From assembly GCA_951406725.2 (NCBI GenBank), contig OX597820.1, positions 52,452,001 to 52,516,000 of the forward strand: a DNA stretch of 64,000 nt. The letters are read 5' to 3'. A program made the translations under genes and the position numbers. Every line of letters starts with the position of its first letter. Within the stretch, counting starts at the first letter, position 1. The notes under the pieces were generated by a model. It was not told the DNA's origin. It did no database searches and was given only the letters and a program-made list of their open reading frames with translations. Shown here piece by piece: positions 42,424 to 56,859 of this stretch. Source of the stretch: Octopus vulgaris (Eukaryota).

Positions 42424-42619
42424 ATATATGTATATATGTGTATATATGAATATATACATACATGTTTATACTTATATATATAAATATATATATATATATT
42501 TGTGTGTGTATGCATGAATGTAAGTATATATGTATATATACGTATGTATGTATGTATATATATATACATATACACACACACACATATATGCATATTTTTG
42601 TGCGTATGCCTATTTGTTT

Positions 42620-42830
42620 GTTTATATGGTGTCTATTATTGTCCCCCATTACCGTTTGACAACTGCTGTTGATGTGTCTACGTCCCAGTAATCAAGCGGT
42701 TCGGCAAAAGAGAGCGATAGAATAAGTATTAAGCTTAAGAAATAAGTACTAGGGTCGACTTGTTCGAGTAAAAAACCCGAGTCGGTGTTGCAGCATGGTT
42801 GCAATAAAATGACTGAAACAAAAAAAAAAA
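42620..42830 (+). mobile_element. SINE family A 3' half (diverged)
   Basis: gcggttcggcaaaagagagcgatagaataagta...aatgactgaaacaa. Confidence 0.8.
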
Positions 42831-43125
42831 AAAGAAGAAGCGAACACACACACGCACAGATACATAGTAATTGATATGTACATACTAGTTGCCAGCAATA
42901 TGTTTAATATGTAAATCAATCTACCCAATACATTTACAACGCTAAAATTTATGGCTATGCTAGCAATGTGTTCGTTGAATGTTAATGGGTTCGATGTGGT
43001 GCTGAAGAAATAGTCAAAATTTCTGAAATAAATATATCCATCTATTATGTATTTTACTCCGTCCAATCGCCTTGTTTATGTAGACGTTTTTGTATACGAA
43101 ACGTTGTAATTTTCAGTATTGGATA

Positions 43126-43507
43126 TCTCTCTCTATATAAACGGCAGTTTGTCTGTGCGTGTTTCTGTGTGTCTGTTTTCTCGTACCCTCACTCTGACCA
43201 CGGCTTTCAACCGATTCTGATGAAACTTGACACACACATAGCCCAATGTCATAATTCAAAACTAACGCAGCGAAAATTTTGAAAAGTTCCCCCAGTTCTG
43301 AAAAATCGATAAATTCGACATGGGGTCGAGAATGAGAAACCCAAACCACAGACCGTCTAGGGGACGCAACTCCACCTGTTTTAACTCTCAAAAAAAATTT
43401 ACCATAATTTTTTTTCCATTTTTTTGCTATTTTTTGGCTATAACTCCTAAAAATGCTTTATAGTTATTTCCCTTACAAACCTGAGCAACGCCGGGCGATA
43501 CTGCTAG
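43126..43507 (+). mobile_element. Non-autonomous Helitron
   Basis: 5' a|TC (tctctctctatataaa), subterminal imperfect hairpin cctgagcaacgccggg, 3' CTAG|t; inserted between A and T. Confidence 0.85.
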
Positions 43508-43544
43508 TAAATTCTATAAAATATTTGTAGAGATACCATGAAAG

Positions 43545-43586
<42 letters not shown>

Positions 43587-43590
<4 letters not shown>

Positions 43591-43893
43591 CGATTATCTC
43601 CCTTATACCGGAAGAAATCCCTTATTACCTTCCCCTGCCTGAACTCTTCTTTGCACTTCATAACGAAGACATGACACGATGTAGGTAAAGACATTTGAGA
43701 AATCTGAAAAGTTTACACGACACCGGTTATTTCTCCCAAAACTATGTTACTATATACAAAATTTTATAACATTTTTCTAACATAACGACTTAAATATATT
43801 CTTTAACCTTATAAAAGAAGCCTTCTGTAGTTTTTTCACTCTTTTCTATTTTTTATACACCCAACTACGTGCTTTCACACACCAACTTTCTCA

Positions 43894-43938
<45 letters not shown>

Positions 43939-44370
43939 CGATTATCTCCCTTATACCGGAAGAAATCCCTTATTACCTTCCCCTGCCTGGAACTCTTCTT
44001 TGGCACTTCATAACGAAGACATGACACGATGATTAGTGTAAAGACATTTGAGAAATCTGAAAAGTTTACACGACACCGGTTATTGGTCTCCCAAAACTAT
44101 GTTACTATATACAAAATTTTATAACATTGTAAATGTGTGGATGACGTCCAGACTGATTGCTTATTACACGAAGTGATATATAACCAGAAATGGCTCTGAC
44201 GAAAATAGCATTAATTTTCTTCGTTCAATTTCCCTCAATTGATCAATAGACCAATTGAGTAAACTTATCAGTAATGTACCTATGACGAGTACTCGAAACA
44301 GCTGTAAGCCTAATTTGCTCTAATAAAGGAATATTATGAAATGACCATTAATTCCAACCTGTTTCTTACA
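43587..44370 (+). mobile_element. Decayed PLE-like 3' end, locally duplicated, with hammerhead remnant
   Basis: ~190-bp duplicate (43587-43774, 43935-44128), each copy after (TA)n; weak resemblance to a GIY-YIG C-terminus (MTRCR*RHLRNL); hammerhead core 44192-44310 followed by AATAAA. Confidence 0.55.
44192..44310 (+). ncRNA. Hammerhead motif with ~90-nt stem II domain (stem II base decayed)
   Basis: ggct-CTGACGA-...-GAAAC-agct-GTA-agcc; perfect 4-bp stem I, palindromic ACAGCTGT stem III, internal hairpin ctcaattg/caattgag. Confidence 0.55.
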
Positions 44371-44389
44371 CATAGATATATTACATGTA

Positions 44390-44543
44390 CATGACTGTGT
44401 TCTAAGAAGTTTGTTTCCCAAGCACATGGTTCTGGCTTGAGTACCACTGCGTGGTTATTTGGGTAAGTGTCTTCTACTATAGCCTCAAGCCGACCAAAAC
44501 TTTGTGAGTGGATTTAGTAGACAGAAACTGAAAGAAGCCCGTC

Positions 44544-44601
<58 letters not shown>

Positions 44602-44840
44602 TTGTATATATTTATGAGTGTGTGTCTTTGTCTCCTTGTTTGTTCCCCACCATCGCTTGACAACCGAAGTTGGTGTCTCCCCGTAACCTCACGTTTCGGC
44701 CGAAGAAACAGATAGAATAAGTTATAGGCTTATAAAGAATAAGTCCTGGGGGGATCGATTTCTTTGACTGAAATGCACTTTGAGGCGGTCCTCCAGCAGG
44801 GCCGTAGTCAAATGACTGAAGCAAGTAGAATAACAAAGTA
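44390..44840 (+). mobile_element. SINE family A, diverged full-length copy
   Basis: Colinear with 383-829. Confidence 0.85.
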
Positions 44841-45029
44841 ATATATATATATATATATATATATAACGGGAAGCTTTATGAAAATAAACAAAAGACGAAG
44901 GCAGGTGGAATATAAACAAACAATTGTATTCGTTTTCTCTTTGGTGTCTCTATCAATCTGTGTGACGTTTCACCGCCTTTACACAGACACTTATATATGA
45001 GCGTGTGGGGGTGTATTTGTGTGCGTGTT

Positions 45030-45064
<35 letters not shown>

Positions 45065-46157
45065 ATGTATGTATGCATGTATGTATGTATTTATGTAATG
45101 TGACGATCTCATTAAAGATTTCTTCATCTCATTGCTTAAATCCCGCATCAGTATACCCGCAAGTCACAATTTTCAGGAAATATTTGGCGTCAAAGAATGT
45201 CTCAAAACTTTCTCATGATTTTACGCCTCCGTTCAATTTATCTACATTCTCATTTCATTTTGTTGTTCTCTTTTAAGTGATCTACTTCATATGTAATGAT
45301 TGCGCCTGGCTTGTATTTTAAGTTAACTGCCTGTTTCCTACATATTATACAACTTCAGTCAGTTCAAATTTAAATCCATTTGCCAGCACATATTTGAAGA
45401 ATTTATATGACACGAAGAACGAAAATACCCTTCCATTCGAATTAAGTTTCCAGCTTTGATTTCATCTGTCATGATGCCAAAAAACTGAGTGTGTTGTTAA
45501 AATGCTTGCTTCGGAAATACATCGTTTCGGAAATGATGGTATATCATACAGCATTTTAGTCAACATCCTGCGTTTTAATAACATTTTTTAATAGACTTTA
45601 CAGTCCACAATCATTTATTACACTGATTGCTCATTTACAAATAGAAAAGCAGACAGACAGACTGACAGAAGAAACACACACTAATGTGTATGAGTGCGTG
45701 TGTGTGCGTGTTTGTGTGCATATACATAGATACATATATTCTTATATAGTAGTTAATAAATAGTGAGGTATATAATTAGTAGTTTGTCGGTAAAGCACGT
45801 TCACTGACTCAGTGTCCGTTGGATATTTGATCAGAGAGAGACAGAAGATGGAATAGACGAGAAATGTTATTGATCACTGCAGTCGTTTGAACCTATTTAG
45901 CGTGGATCCCTCGCGGTTGAGATACTGCACAACAGTTTTAGCAGTTTTATGCGTATCACTCGGTGGTGATGTGTTTCCTCAGATGATTTTAAGAGGTATC
46001 TCGTTAAAATAAACTCTGTTTCGCACAACATGGTTACTTCTTGTGCTTTGTAACTAGAACTGTCAAACTGATGGATAATGCTTCATATTGAAGATCAATG
46101 ACAAAAATAGATATACAATAAAGCGAAAGAAATTATTTCATACAACCTTTAGCAAAT

Positions 46158-46700
46158 ATGAATGAAAATCACCTGCAGACATCACATCTTCATGCTAACA
46201 AGAATAAGAACATAAGCAAAACTAAAACGGTGTTGGAAAATGAAACCAGCAGAGTCACCGATGCGACAAAATCTAATAAAAGTTCATGCAGAGATAAAAC
46301 AAAATACCCACTGATGAATCGCTGCATGAGTACCAATGTTGTATATAAATGCAGCATGTGCACAAGTGGTGACCCATATGTTTACATTGTTGCAACGGCA
46401 GATTTGTTCACGAACCGATGTCGAAACTATGTCGCCAGTTTCAATAAAATCAGCAAGAGACACCCGACAACTTTAGATAATTTTCCTTGGCAACTTAAAG
46501 ACAATAAGTTCAAATATGATCTCACTTGGTCCATAATAAGACATGCACAGCCATACAATGACATTTTTATGAGGTACAGGCTATGCTCTTAAGAATCGCT
46601 TTGCATTTTGTGGACCAGGGAGAGGCTCATTAATACAATTTCAGAATGACTAACAAGATCGTATTCCTGCTAGTAAATGCACTTTCGCACAATACGGTAG
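46158..46700 (+). pseudogene. Penelope-like GIY-YIG endonuclease remnant (possibly Naiad-type)
   Basis: SSCRDKTKYPLMNRCMSTNVVYKC...VYIVATADLFTNRCRNY..SF...WQLKDN...WSIIRHAQPY...LCS*ESLCIL resembles PLE CxCR..CPL..C-NVVY-YIG-F..R..H-LCLxEK; stops and lost catalytic residues. Confidence 0.85.
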
Positions 46701-47618
46701 AAAAGAACTATATCATCAGAGACAACACTGCATGGAATTCTTGCTGTGAAGTTGACATTTTGCTGTTTCATTATTATATTGTGTGATATCACTTGTCATG
46801 TCTTCTGATATATAACATTTTTGTGCCTGTGTGTCCGATTTATCTACATGTACTCACATGGCTGTGTATCCACGAACAATTATATACATCTATATTAATG
46901 TTCTTATACACTTATACAGATTCGCAAATATCTATGTATAGAAATGTGTTTAAGTGTATGTATGAGCGCTTAAACCCACCAGGATGCGGCTATAGACGTA
47001 TGCTAACGCGCCAATGAAAACCCAGCATGGCCGTAATCAAATAACTGAAACAAGTAAAAGGATAAAAGAGTATAGTTATATGGGCACGACTGTGTGAATA
47101 TGTTTGTGTGTACATATACATGTAGGAATATACGCTGGACTGTGTGGATATGTGCGTGTGAGTGCCTATGTTTAAGTCGGTATTTATGAGTGTAAAAAAC
47201 GCGATAATAATACCCGAGCCAGACTCAGCGGAGAGCAGCACAGAATGTGTAACTCCTCACATCACTGGCACCGAGTTTATTAATACCTATTTAATTCCTC
47301 GTGCGATCGTGTGTATGTGCACCAGACTGCGTGCGTGTTCGTTTGTATGTACCTATACGTTTGTATTAAGAGTGTGTACGTGCACCAGACCCCGAGTGTG
47401 TGAGCGTTTGTATATTTATATCTACTAACAATTATATGTAATATTTATTTTCGCTTTATTATATATTTGCATCTTTTTGCATTTAATTTTTGTCATTGAT
47501 CTTCTATAAGATTGAAGCAGTATCAATTTTCCATCTCTATCTACGAAGCCGAAGAATTAAACATGTAGTAATAAGTTGGGTGAAACAGAGTTTATTTTAA
47601 CGAGATACCTCTTTAAAT

Positions 47619-47667
47619 CACCTGAGGTGACACGCCTATACTGAGGGATACAACGAAACATGTTGTG
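47619..47667 (+). ncRNA. Degenerate hammerhead motif in pLTR
   Basis: cac-CTGAGGT-...-GAAAC-at-GTT-gtg; the mirror arm near 45975-45985 reads CTGAGGA on the minus strand. Confidence 0.4.
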
Positions 47668-50600
47668 CTGCATCCCACCTGCGAAGATGGGTCGAAAAGA
47701 TTGTAGAGACCAATGAAGATTCTTGTATATTCCATCACTGTGTTTCTCATTAATTATATACGTATATGCATACATACAGTCTGCGTGTGCCCCACTCTGA
47801 AACTGTGCTTTTGCGTGTGTGTGGTTGTGTGTGTGTGTGAATATATACATGCGTACATCTATATACATATATATATTCGTGTGTGTGTGTTCAAACATGC
47901 TTAGTCATCGTTGTAAGACACAAGCAGTGGCTAACAAAAAGAAAGTGAGAAACCTGTGCTTTATTGTTTTCCAAACACCTTTACGATGTTTATCCTGCAC
48001 CGAGTTACCACAAATCCCTTATTTGTCACTACCTCAGAAATTCGATAAGAAACTGATTAACCAAATGGATATATTTAACCAAAAATGTTAATTTGTTTGA
48101 TTTCTGATATAAAATAATAATAGACAATGCAGTAAATTCCCGAATTTACTTCACAACAGCTTGACTTTCTACTTCAGGACACAAAATAGTTTAGACTTGA
48201 AAAGCTATTGAGTCTTTTGCGTTAACATGTTTTATAATTAAGCCCTCCTTCATAAGACGTTATAATTTCGCACAAATGTTTAACTGCATAGGCCATCTAT
48301 TTATATTGAAGCTACCTGTCTGACTAGTACAAAATTTCTCATCAACAAGTGTCCAACATTCATCCACATGCTTGCTGTATACGTCATTCCTTTTTTCTGT
48401 TTTTCTCCTACAAACATTTTCTCCCCGTAATACTGTACCCTGCTCATCTATCCCTTCAGCCCTGTTGGGAGTCCATACGCGGTCATTCAATGTAATATCC
48501 AAAGTGGTTATATCAGATTTCACACTCCTGTCTTAAAAGTGGAAGGTTATATTACATATTAAAATGATAGGTATATCGAACAATGGAAAGCGTTTGATTG
48601 TATACCTCTTGGTTCATTAGTCCAAGTGTGCCTAATCACAGCAGCTGCAACAACAAATAATCCTCTTTGCGAAAGCATCACCAAAAACTGCAACAACAAT
48701 GGTAAAAAAAAGTAAACGTAGGGGTCACTCACGAGTGATATGGTCATGCTAACAGGTACCAAACTTTTCTTAGTTGCTATGGATTCTTAAAGAAATTTAG
48801 ACATCCTTTGGACCATCCTATGCATTGACCCAGAGGAAAATCCTAGTTCGGAGAGGTGGATCCAGAAAATTTCAAAACTAGTCCGGTATTTGTTGTAGCT
48901 GAGTTCACCAGAGCAAGATAAAATGAAATACCTTGCTCAAGGCCACAATTCACAGACTGATAGAGCAATCGAACGCACGACCTCATGATCTTGAGTCGAT
49001 CATCTAACTACTAGGTCCAGTGTCTTCTCAACATCAACTGTTACGGTTCCTCTCCCCTTTCTTAATTTCTGTATCGCGATCACTCATAATTAAGTGATTT
49101 CTCTACCCTATCCTGTCCTTCCTCTTAATGTCTCAACAAAATCCTCACATTGATCCGTTCATTTATACACTGTAATCATATATTAATAGAAATGTATCGG
49201 TGTTACTGTATACTTAACGACAGTTCTTTTTCTTTCTTTACCTCTTCCAATACATTAACTGGAAACTGTTGAAACCAAGCATGATTTGCAACATATGCAG
49301 CAGTCTTGCAAAGAAAGCAATCAATATATTAATTATATTCATGATATTTATTAGAATTAACACAGTATTTATTAATTAATTAATTATATGTCCAACAGTT
49401 CACATATTAACCAACCACCAATTGGAATATTTACAAATTATCAAGAACATACTTAGCTCCAAGGAATTCTTTATCAGTTTTCTATGGATGTTTATATCCT
49501 TCATCATCGTCTCTAATCTGCAAATGGAATTACGAGAAATTTTTACGGATTTATATTAGCCTGCTTTCTTGAATAGATAATTACTGTTATCAGCGATATA
49601 CGCTGTTGCAGAATATACATGTCTTTAACTCTATCACGACAACAACAAAAAAATGAATTTGATGTTTTTTTTCTGTTCTTATACTTATTTGTTCCATTTT
49701 AAATCGTTTTTAATAAACAATACTGTTCTTAGTCTCCCAGTTTGTAGCAAGCTAATCGCCTCTTTTACTGCATTTATGGCGGTAGGAGAAACAAGGCAGT
49801 TGGTGGGGGAATTATCGTTCCGTCAAGAACAAAATATCACGAAGGACCTTGCTTAAGAAGCGGCGGGTTGTTGGTCTTAATGGATATAATTACATTAGAA
49901 CTTGAATAATTAACATTACGATGAATAGGCAAATGTGCATTCGCACACACACACGCGCGCACTGTTTCTCCCTCTCCCCCCCTCTCTCTCTGTCACTGAC
50001 GCATACACTTTCTCTTTTCACACAGACACACAAACACACGCACACAAATACATACTTTCGCGTATACATACGCATGTACGTACCTATACACATCCATATG
50101 TACATATAGGGGCGGATTCCACAGTTTCCATGAAGCATATTCCACTTTCAAATTGCGGTTATGGTAGCCTAAGGTGCAGCATTGCTAGATTGAACACAGT
50201 AACACATCTTGAGGAGGGCATTTCTTAACTATCCTCCATCTTGTACATTCTTTGTAACAACCAGTCACTCCCGTGTCATCACCTCTGATTTTTTTCGTTT
50301 TTCTTTTTCCTTTTTTTTTTGTTTTGTTTTGTTCTGTTTTGTTATTTTCATAAGACCTCGTCTGACCCGCAGCTGGAAACAGACTTAAAACTAGAATATT
50401 AAAAAAATTTACATGTCACTGCTCTGAGTTCAAATTTCACAAAAGTTTCTCTCTCTACCTCTCCCTTTATTTCTGTCTTTCTTTCTTATTCTCCCCCTTC
50501 TCATTTTCCTCTCCCTTTCTCTCTAGTATTTGTTTACTTCGAAGATATATTTGATTTGTATCACAGGGTATCAGAAGGCTGTAAGTTAGCAATTTCGTTA

Positions 50601-50991
50601 ACTCGCTGGATACAATTGTTTTGTTTATTTGTTCCAAATCTGCACTCAAAGTTGAACTCCTACAAATGTTGGCTTTGTATTTCAGCCTCTCAGGATCGAT
50701 GAGAAAGTACCAGTCGAACAAGGTCCCATTGGCGGAACTGCTCTGAGTAAAGCTCTTTGCGTTCTCACATCACAGAACTTGCGACGGTACCGGTGCCAAG
50801 TCAGGGATTTTCATTCGAATAACATCGGTAGAGACAGGAGACTTGCACACATACTTACGTCTACTTCACAATATCCTGTCAATTTCTGCAAATATATATG
50901 CAGATGAATGGTTGTCTCAGACTGACAGAGACTTGCAAATAGAATGCACTTGAACGAACATTCCCATGATTCAATGCATTTCAGTCAACTT

Positions 50992-51201
50992 ACTCTCTCT
51001 TTACTCTTTTAGTTGTTTCACTCATTTGACTGTGGCCATGCTGGAGCAGCGCCGTTAGTAGAGCAAATCGATCACAGGACTTATTCTTTGTAAGCCTAGT
51101 ACTTATTCTATCTGTCTCTTTTGCCGAACCGCTAAGTTACAGGGACGTAAACACACCAGCATCGGTTGTCAAGCGATGCTGGGGGGACAAACATAGACAC
51201 A

Positions 51202-51281
<80 letters not shown>

Positions 51282-51429
51282 CAACGGGCTTCTTTCAGTT
51301 TCCGTCTACCAAATCCACTCACAAGGCTTTGGTCGGCCCGAGGCTATAGTAGAAGACACTTGCCCAAAATGCACTGAACCCGGAACCATGTGGTTAGTAA
51401 CCTACGTGCCACACAGCCACTCCTATACC
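50992..51429 (-). mobile_element. SINE family A, near full length
   Basis: Reverse complement of the 383-829 family. Confidence 0.9.
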
Positions 51430-52984
51430 TATTTTATTTTTTGTAATTCTTTTTTTCATTTTTTTTTTACCATGACACGGAGACATAACTGACATTCCTA
51501 GAACTAATTCTATTCAATATGTTACTCCAGCCTTTTAATACAGCTTTGTAATTCCAGTGACTTTGGCAAAGAACGATCATGAAGTGTTTCACCTGTTGGT
51601 ACATTTACTTATATGTAGCTATAATGTTCCGTAACTAAAGTTGTGTAGCTAAATATAAATGGTACACGTGTTGTCATTGTTGTTGTTGTAGGCGGCAGTG
51701 GTGGTGGTCATCGTCGTCGTCGTCGTGGGCCGTGATTTTACTGACCATTGATTAATGACGTTTTAGTAATGATCGTCTTGTCGTTTTAGATTTTAGGACT
51801 ACATCGTCCAATGTTTCCTTTCCTTTCCCGTTAAGTGAAGAATCGTTTTAGGAAAATTTGACTGTTACTTCTAACTGGTCGATTAATAACGGACAGGCTT
51901 TTTCGTTAATTGATAGTAAATATATCTTGTTGTTATTGTTAACGTTGTTGTTAATCCCAATAAACAGGCACATTGTCCTAGTTATTCTAGCAGTAACCAC
52001 CCAACTTTTGTTCTGTTCTGCATGAACTCCTGGAGTCCAATACGCAAACTACACATTTTTTATGAGACGATTTTGAGGATGAATTAGTTGCTATTTTAAG
52101 CATATCGAGAACTACATAGACGTTTCCCAGTAAACATGTAAATTATGTGTTTTCATAGCTTAACAAAATAACTAGGAATGTTTGACAGAGGATGGTAATT
52201 TCATTAAATCAGTTTCCTATGTAAGTCTATTCATCTAGGAATGTGATTAATGACTATTTATGTAGTCACTGGAATAAACATATGACAAAACGAGGAAACC
52301 TCTAAAGAGTAGCTAAGTAAGCTAGAAATAGCAATCATGATTTAAACAAATCACATCCTACGAACATAAATGAATGTATAAATTTGTAAACATTTTATAT
52401 GTAACCAATAAGGCTATGTTAATTGTTGAGAAGTTAAACTGGAAGGAACAGTGGATCATATTTACCCCAGGAAAAAGTGGAGCTTCTTTCGTCAAACATC
52501 AAACACACAAGGATAAAAAGACAAAGTCAATCAAGAAAGGACTGAAACGCAGAAGTAAAGAGCCGTAACTAAATATAACAAGAAATTTTATCTGATGCTC
52601 CTACAATACTGATAATTTACCGTCCCTGTTACCACATAGATATTATAATAACAGTCTATATCATACACACAAAGCCTGGTATTAGGTGCGAGAGAAAAAG
52701 TCAATATTATCGTTCATGATACCTGACTTAGTTTTTTTTTTTTTTATCGACCCAGGAGTGATAAGAGACGAAGAAAACAATACTGGAATTTGAAATTAGG
52801 AGGTAAAGAGAACGAAACAAATGCCGCTTTAACGATTCTTCCACCCCATCATTTTAATAATAATGGTTTGTAATTTAAGCATAAAACTAGTAATTTTAAA
52901 GGCGGGAGAATCAGTCGGCATCGTGACCTTAGTTGTGATTGGTTCTTTATCTTATCGGTGTTAGAGGGATGAAAATACAGAACC

Positions 52985-53210
52985 GAAAAAATTAAATTTT
53001 CTAATTGTGCGACAAGGCCAGTAATTTTGAGGGAAGCGGGGAAATTCGATTATATCGACCCAGTAAGCAACTATTATTTATTTTATCGATCCCCGAAAAG
53101 ATGAAAGGCAAAGTCGACTTCGGCGGAATTTGAACTCAAAACGTAAAAATTGTACGAAATGCCACTAAGCATTTTGCCGGCGTGCTAACAACTTTGACAG
53201 GTCGGCGTCA
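52985..53210 (-). mobile_element. SINE family B-related copy; further degenerate copies at ~52500-52980
   Basis: gatgaaaggcaaagtcgacttcggcggaatttgaactc...gaaatgccactaagcattttgccggcgtgctaac. Confidence 0.75.
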
Positions 53211-53460
53211 TTAAAGAGCTGAAAGAAATAATGCAACGCAATTATCCTGGAAAGATTATGTCAATCCTCTTAGTATTAAGTTCCTACAAGTCGCTTAGAT
53301 GAAAAAACTATGAGAGATGAGTTTATATCGCGACCTTGCACATTCCCTCACATTCGTGTATAAAACGAGTTCATCAGTTAACTGAAAATTCTATATCAAG
53401 CTGCTGCATGCTTATGCGACTAGCTACAATATAATTTAAGTTGCAGTTAACATTTAAAAT

Positions 53461-53876
53461 AGACGTAGGAGTGGCTCTATGGTAAGTAGCTTGCTTAACA
53501 ACCACATGGTTCCGGGTTCAGTCGCACTGCGTGGGACCTTGGGCAAGTGTTTTCTACTATAGCCTCGGGCCAACCATAGCCTTGTGAGTGGATTTGGTTG
53601 ATGGGAACTGAAAGAAGCCCGTCGTATATATGTATATATATATATGTGTGTGTGTTTGTGTATTTGTGTTTGTCTCCCCAACATCGCTTGACAACCGATG
53701 CTGTTGTGTTTACGTCTCCGTAACTTAGCGGTTCGACAAAAGAGACCGATAGAATAAGTACTAGGCTTACAACGAATAAGTGCTGGGGTCGATTTGTTCG
53801 ACTGAAAGGAGGTGCTCCAGCATGTCCCCCGGGTTAAATGAGTGAAACAAGTAAAAGAGTAAAGAGTAAAGAGAGA
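53461..53876 (+). mobile_element. SINE family A, full length
   Basis: Colinear with 383-829. Confidence 0.9.
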
Positions 53877-54418
53877 GATAGGGAGAGAAAGAGTATACGG
53901 AGACATCTACTTACACTTATACCCACCTCTCTGTTCACACACAAACATATGGCTATACAAACATAATCACATGCATGTTAGCACGCATACATACTCACAT
54001 CTCACCAGCTACATGCAGCATACGTTAAAAACACCTTAACAACCAACTGTACTCACTAGCATTACTAATGCACAGACTAGCAGATCACAAACTCAAAGTA
54101 CCACCTGTCATAACCGAAACATTCATAAATACACACACATCAAACTTTACCCATGTATCCACACAAATCAGTTTTAAAGTTTTAAAGTTAACTGGTGTGC
54201 AGGAGCTCGCTTAATGAAAATTCCAAGCAGTAAATTTTATCAGTGACATTGTCATCAGGATCAATGTAGCTAATGAAACTCCTAATATCTAGGCCGGCAA
54301 TACTTGAACTATACATAAAACCATTAACGACTGATATAGGAACTAAACGGTAACAAAAACTGCGACAACCTAATATGCGTAGTATTATTGTGTTTGTATC
54401 CCTGACTGCGGTTGTATA

Positions 54419-55473
54419 CGTGGGTCAGATAAAACCTCCATAGGCTAACCAAGATACTCTCATGGAATGTGACCAAATGAGATCTATTTTAAACATAATC
54501 CTCCCACCCTTGTGCTATTCGCACTTCTTCCATCGGTGTCGCACTGCTTGGATAACCTTGACGAAGAAACTTTCTTCCTGTTGGTCAAAAAAGTCAACAG
54601 CTAATCCGACGTCATCATATCTGCGATACTTATTACCAACAAGTGTTTCTTTCTTTTTTTAATTTTGGGTAATAGACGATAGCCAGAGGGCCAAATCAGG
54701 AGGGTAGAAAGGGTGATCAACCAGTTCAAAGTCACAGTCACGCACAACGGCCATTGAAACCGAGGACCTGTCTCCGAGGGCATTGTCCTGATGAAACAAG
54801 ACTCCTTTCGTGTTTTGTCTTGGTAGCCTTTTGTAGCTTCCTGTTTTTCTCTTTATCCCTTTCAATACATCAACTCTTCTTGTATTGAAAGGAGTGATAT
54901 GATCAGACAGGGTTTTTTTTATCAGGTGTCAGAAGATGTGGTACCCACCGAGCATAAACCTTCGCAAACCAAGTTCACTGCGCAGAATATTCTCAACTCT
55001 CTAACGGTGTATGCTAATTGCATTGGCTATTTGATTTATAATCACTCGTCTGTTATTTCTCATTATGCGGTGGATATGATCAATTCTTTCCTCGATAATG
55101 GTAGCTGCTGGACGCCCAACCCTTGGGTAATCTTGAAGACTCTCCCTTCCTCTCATAAATTCAGTCACCTTCTTTTGCACTGTTGATAAAACTGGAGCGT
55201 CATCTCCTAGCATATCAAGCATGTTAGCAGGAATTTCTTTGGAGGCAAAAGCCTTTTCTTTCTGCGGGTACTTGGTAAGACTTCGAAACGAAATTTTATC
55301 GATTTTCAAGAGAAGTCGATATATGTTATATTTTAAGTCTTTTTTGAACAGTCAACTGTCAGTTTATATGGAACGAAACAAGGCGGATAAGAAGGGCTGA
55401 AATTACTGCATACAAGATTTCACAGCTCCAACAACATTCATTCATAGTTAGCGAACGAATTTTTTGGCCCACG
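54419..55473 (-). mobile_element. Internally deleted mariner transposon (transposase pseudogene)
   Basis: N-terminal HTH (LGDDAPVLSTVQK..EFMRGRESLQDYPRVGRP), C-terminal GVLFHQDNA and HPFYPPDLA (YSPDLAP-like); imperfect TIRs TA-cgtgggtcag..gctaac / gttagc..ggcccacg. Confidence 0.9.
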
Positions 55474-56802
55474 TTCATTTACTGATCAAAAATTAAATAA
55501 AAGTGGTTTTCTATAGCAGCTTCACTCTGCGTCACATAATTTAGCAGTGTCAGAAAACATGGTTATGAAATAAGTACTTGATTTTAATAAATGAGTACTC
55601 TACTTATATTTATATAGTAACTACGTTGGGTATAATCTTTTAATTAGCACTACCACAGCTACAACGTTATAGTTGGTGTCGATAATTACAGTGACGGAGT
55701 TAATAATTCTATAACTTACATAAGTAATATTTCAGTAACAGTCAGTTAAGAAATTGATTAATAACCGCGAGGTATAACTGACCCGACCTATTTACGCAAT
55801 ATTGAAAACCAAATTCTTATAAACTACGTCCTACCACTTTAAAAGAACACAGCGGACTTTGTAGTCCAGAACAAAAAGAAATACAAACAGAAAGTGGTAA
55901 TTAGAGCATCTTTGATCAGAGATATGCTTGATCAGCATTCAATGAATAATATAGTCCTTGTTTCACAGCACTGAGAAAAAGAAGACGGTCATGGATGGCA
56001 TGTCTTTGGGAATATGTTTACCCGATCGTGTTTGACTTGGAGCCAAACAACAATATGCACTAGCATGGCCGCAGCACCCGAGCTAAAACTGGTTTAAGAG
56101 TTAAAGGGTTAATAACAACAGCCAGAGGAACGTTGCGTAGTTGCTCCATCAGCTAGAAATAACAGCTACAATACTCTCCTATCGCACATCAATGTCCTAG
56201 ATGGGAGTAAGGAAAGCAAAAGGGTATAGTGGTTATTGTAGTCGTAGATACGGTGTTAAAGATGTGATGGCCATGACTGGAATGCTTTTGTTTATAGGTT
56301 TGCTCATTCAGGGTTGACCAGAATATAAGCAGCAATAATAGCAACAACAACATCAACAACAGAAGCAGCTGCGAAAACAAAAATGATCGATAGCAACAAA
56401 ACAGCAGCAGTTAAACAACAACAACAACGACAAGTAAAAAAAAACAACTTTTGTTTGCTAATTTACATGAAAATAAAATGTTGACGTCATCAATAAAACA
56501 TGTTATATTTGACAATATTCAGATTTGAAACTGTTGGTAACCGAACTGCTAAACATCAAATAACTTTAAAAAGCGGTTATAGCTGGGTGATTGTGTGGAG
56601 TGAGCATATAGGTACAATTAGGTGTCGGCGAGGGCGGAGTGAGAGTGTTTCGGGTTAGGTCGGTGGTGTTTAGCGGACGTGATCTACTGGGCAATGTATT
56701 GGCAATGCTAGCGAGAACAACAGAGTGTTTGAAGTAAATTGGAGGTGACTGGTAAGGTTTGGCCATGTGTGCGGGCATGCGTGGTCTGCATGTGTGTGTG
56801 TA

Positions 56803-56859
<57 letters not shown>

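Larger units (their letters stand above)
45768..47761 (+). mobile_element. 5'-truncated Penelope-like element with inverted pLTRs
   Basis: Diverged IRs ~45768-46140 / ~47435-47761 (e.g. aagaggtatctcgttaaaataaactctgtttc and its reverse complement) flanking a GIY-YIG remnant. Confidence 0.75.

Noticed and set aside
43210-43230. ctgatgaaac as a hammerhead core
   Set aside because: No stem II between CTGATGA and GAAA; it is part of a Helitron internal motif
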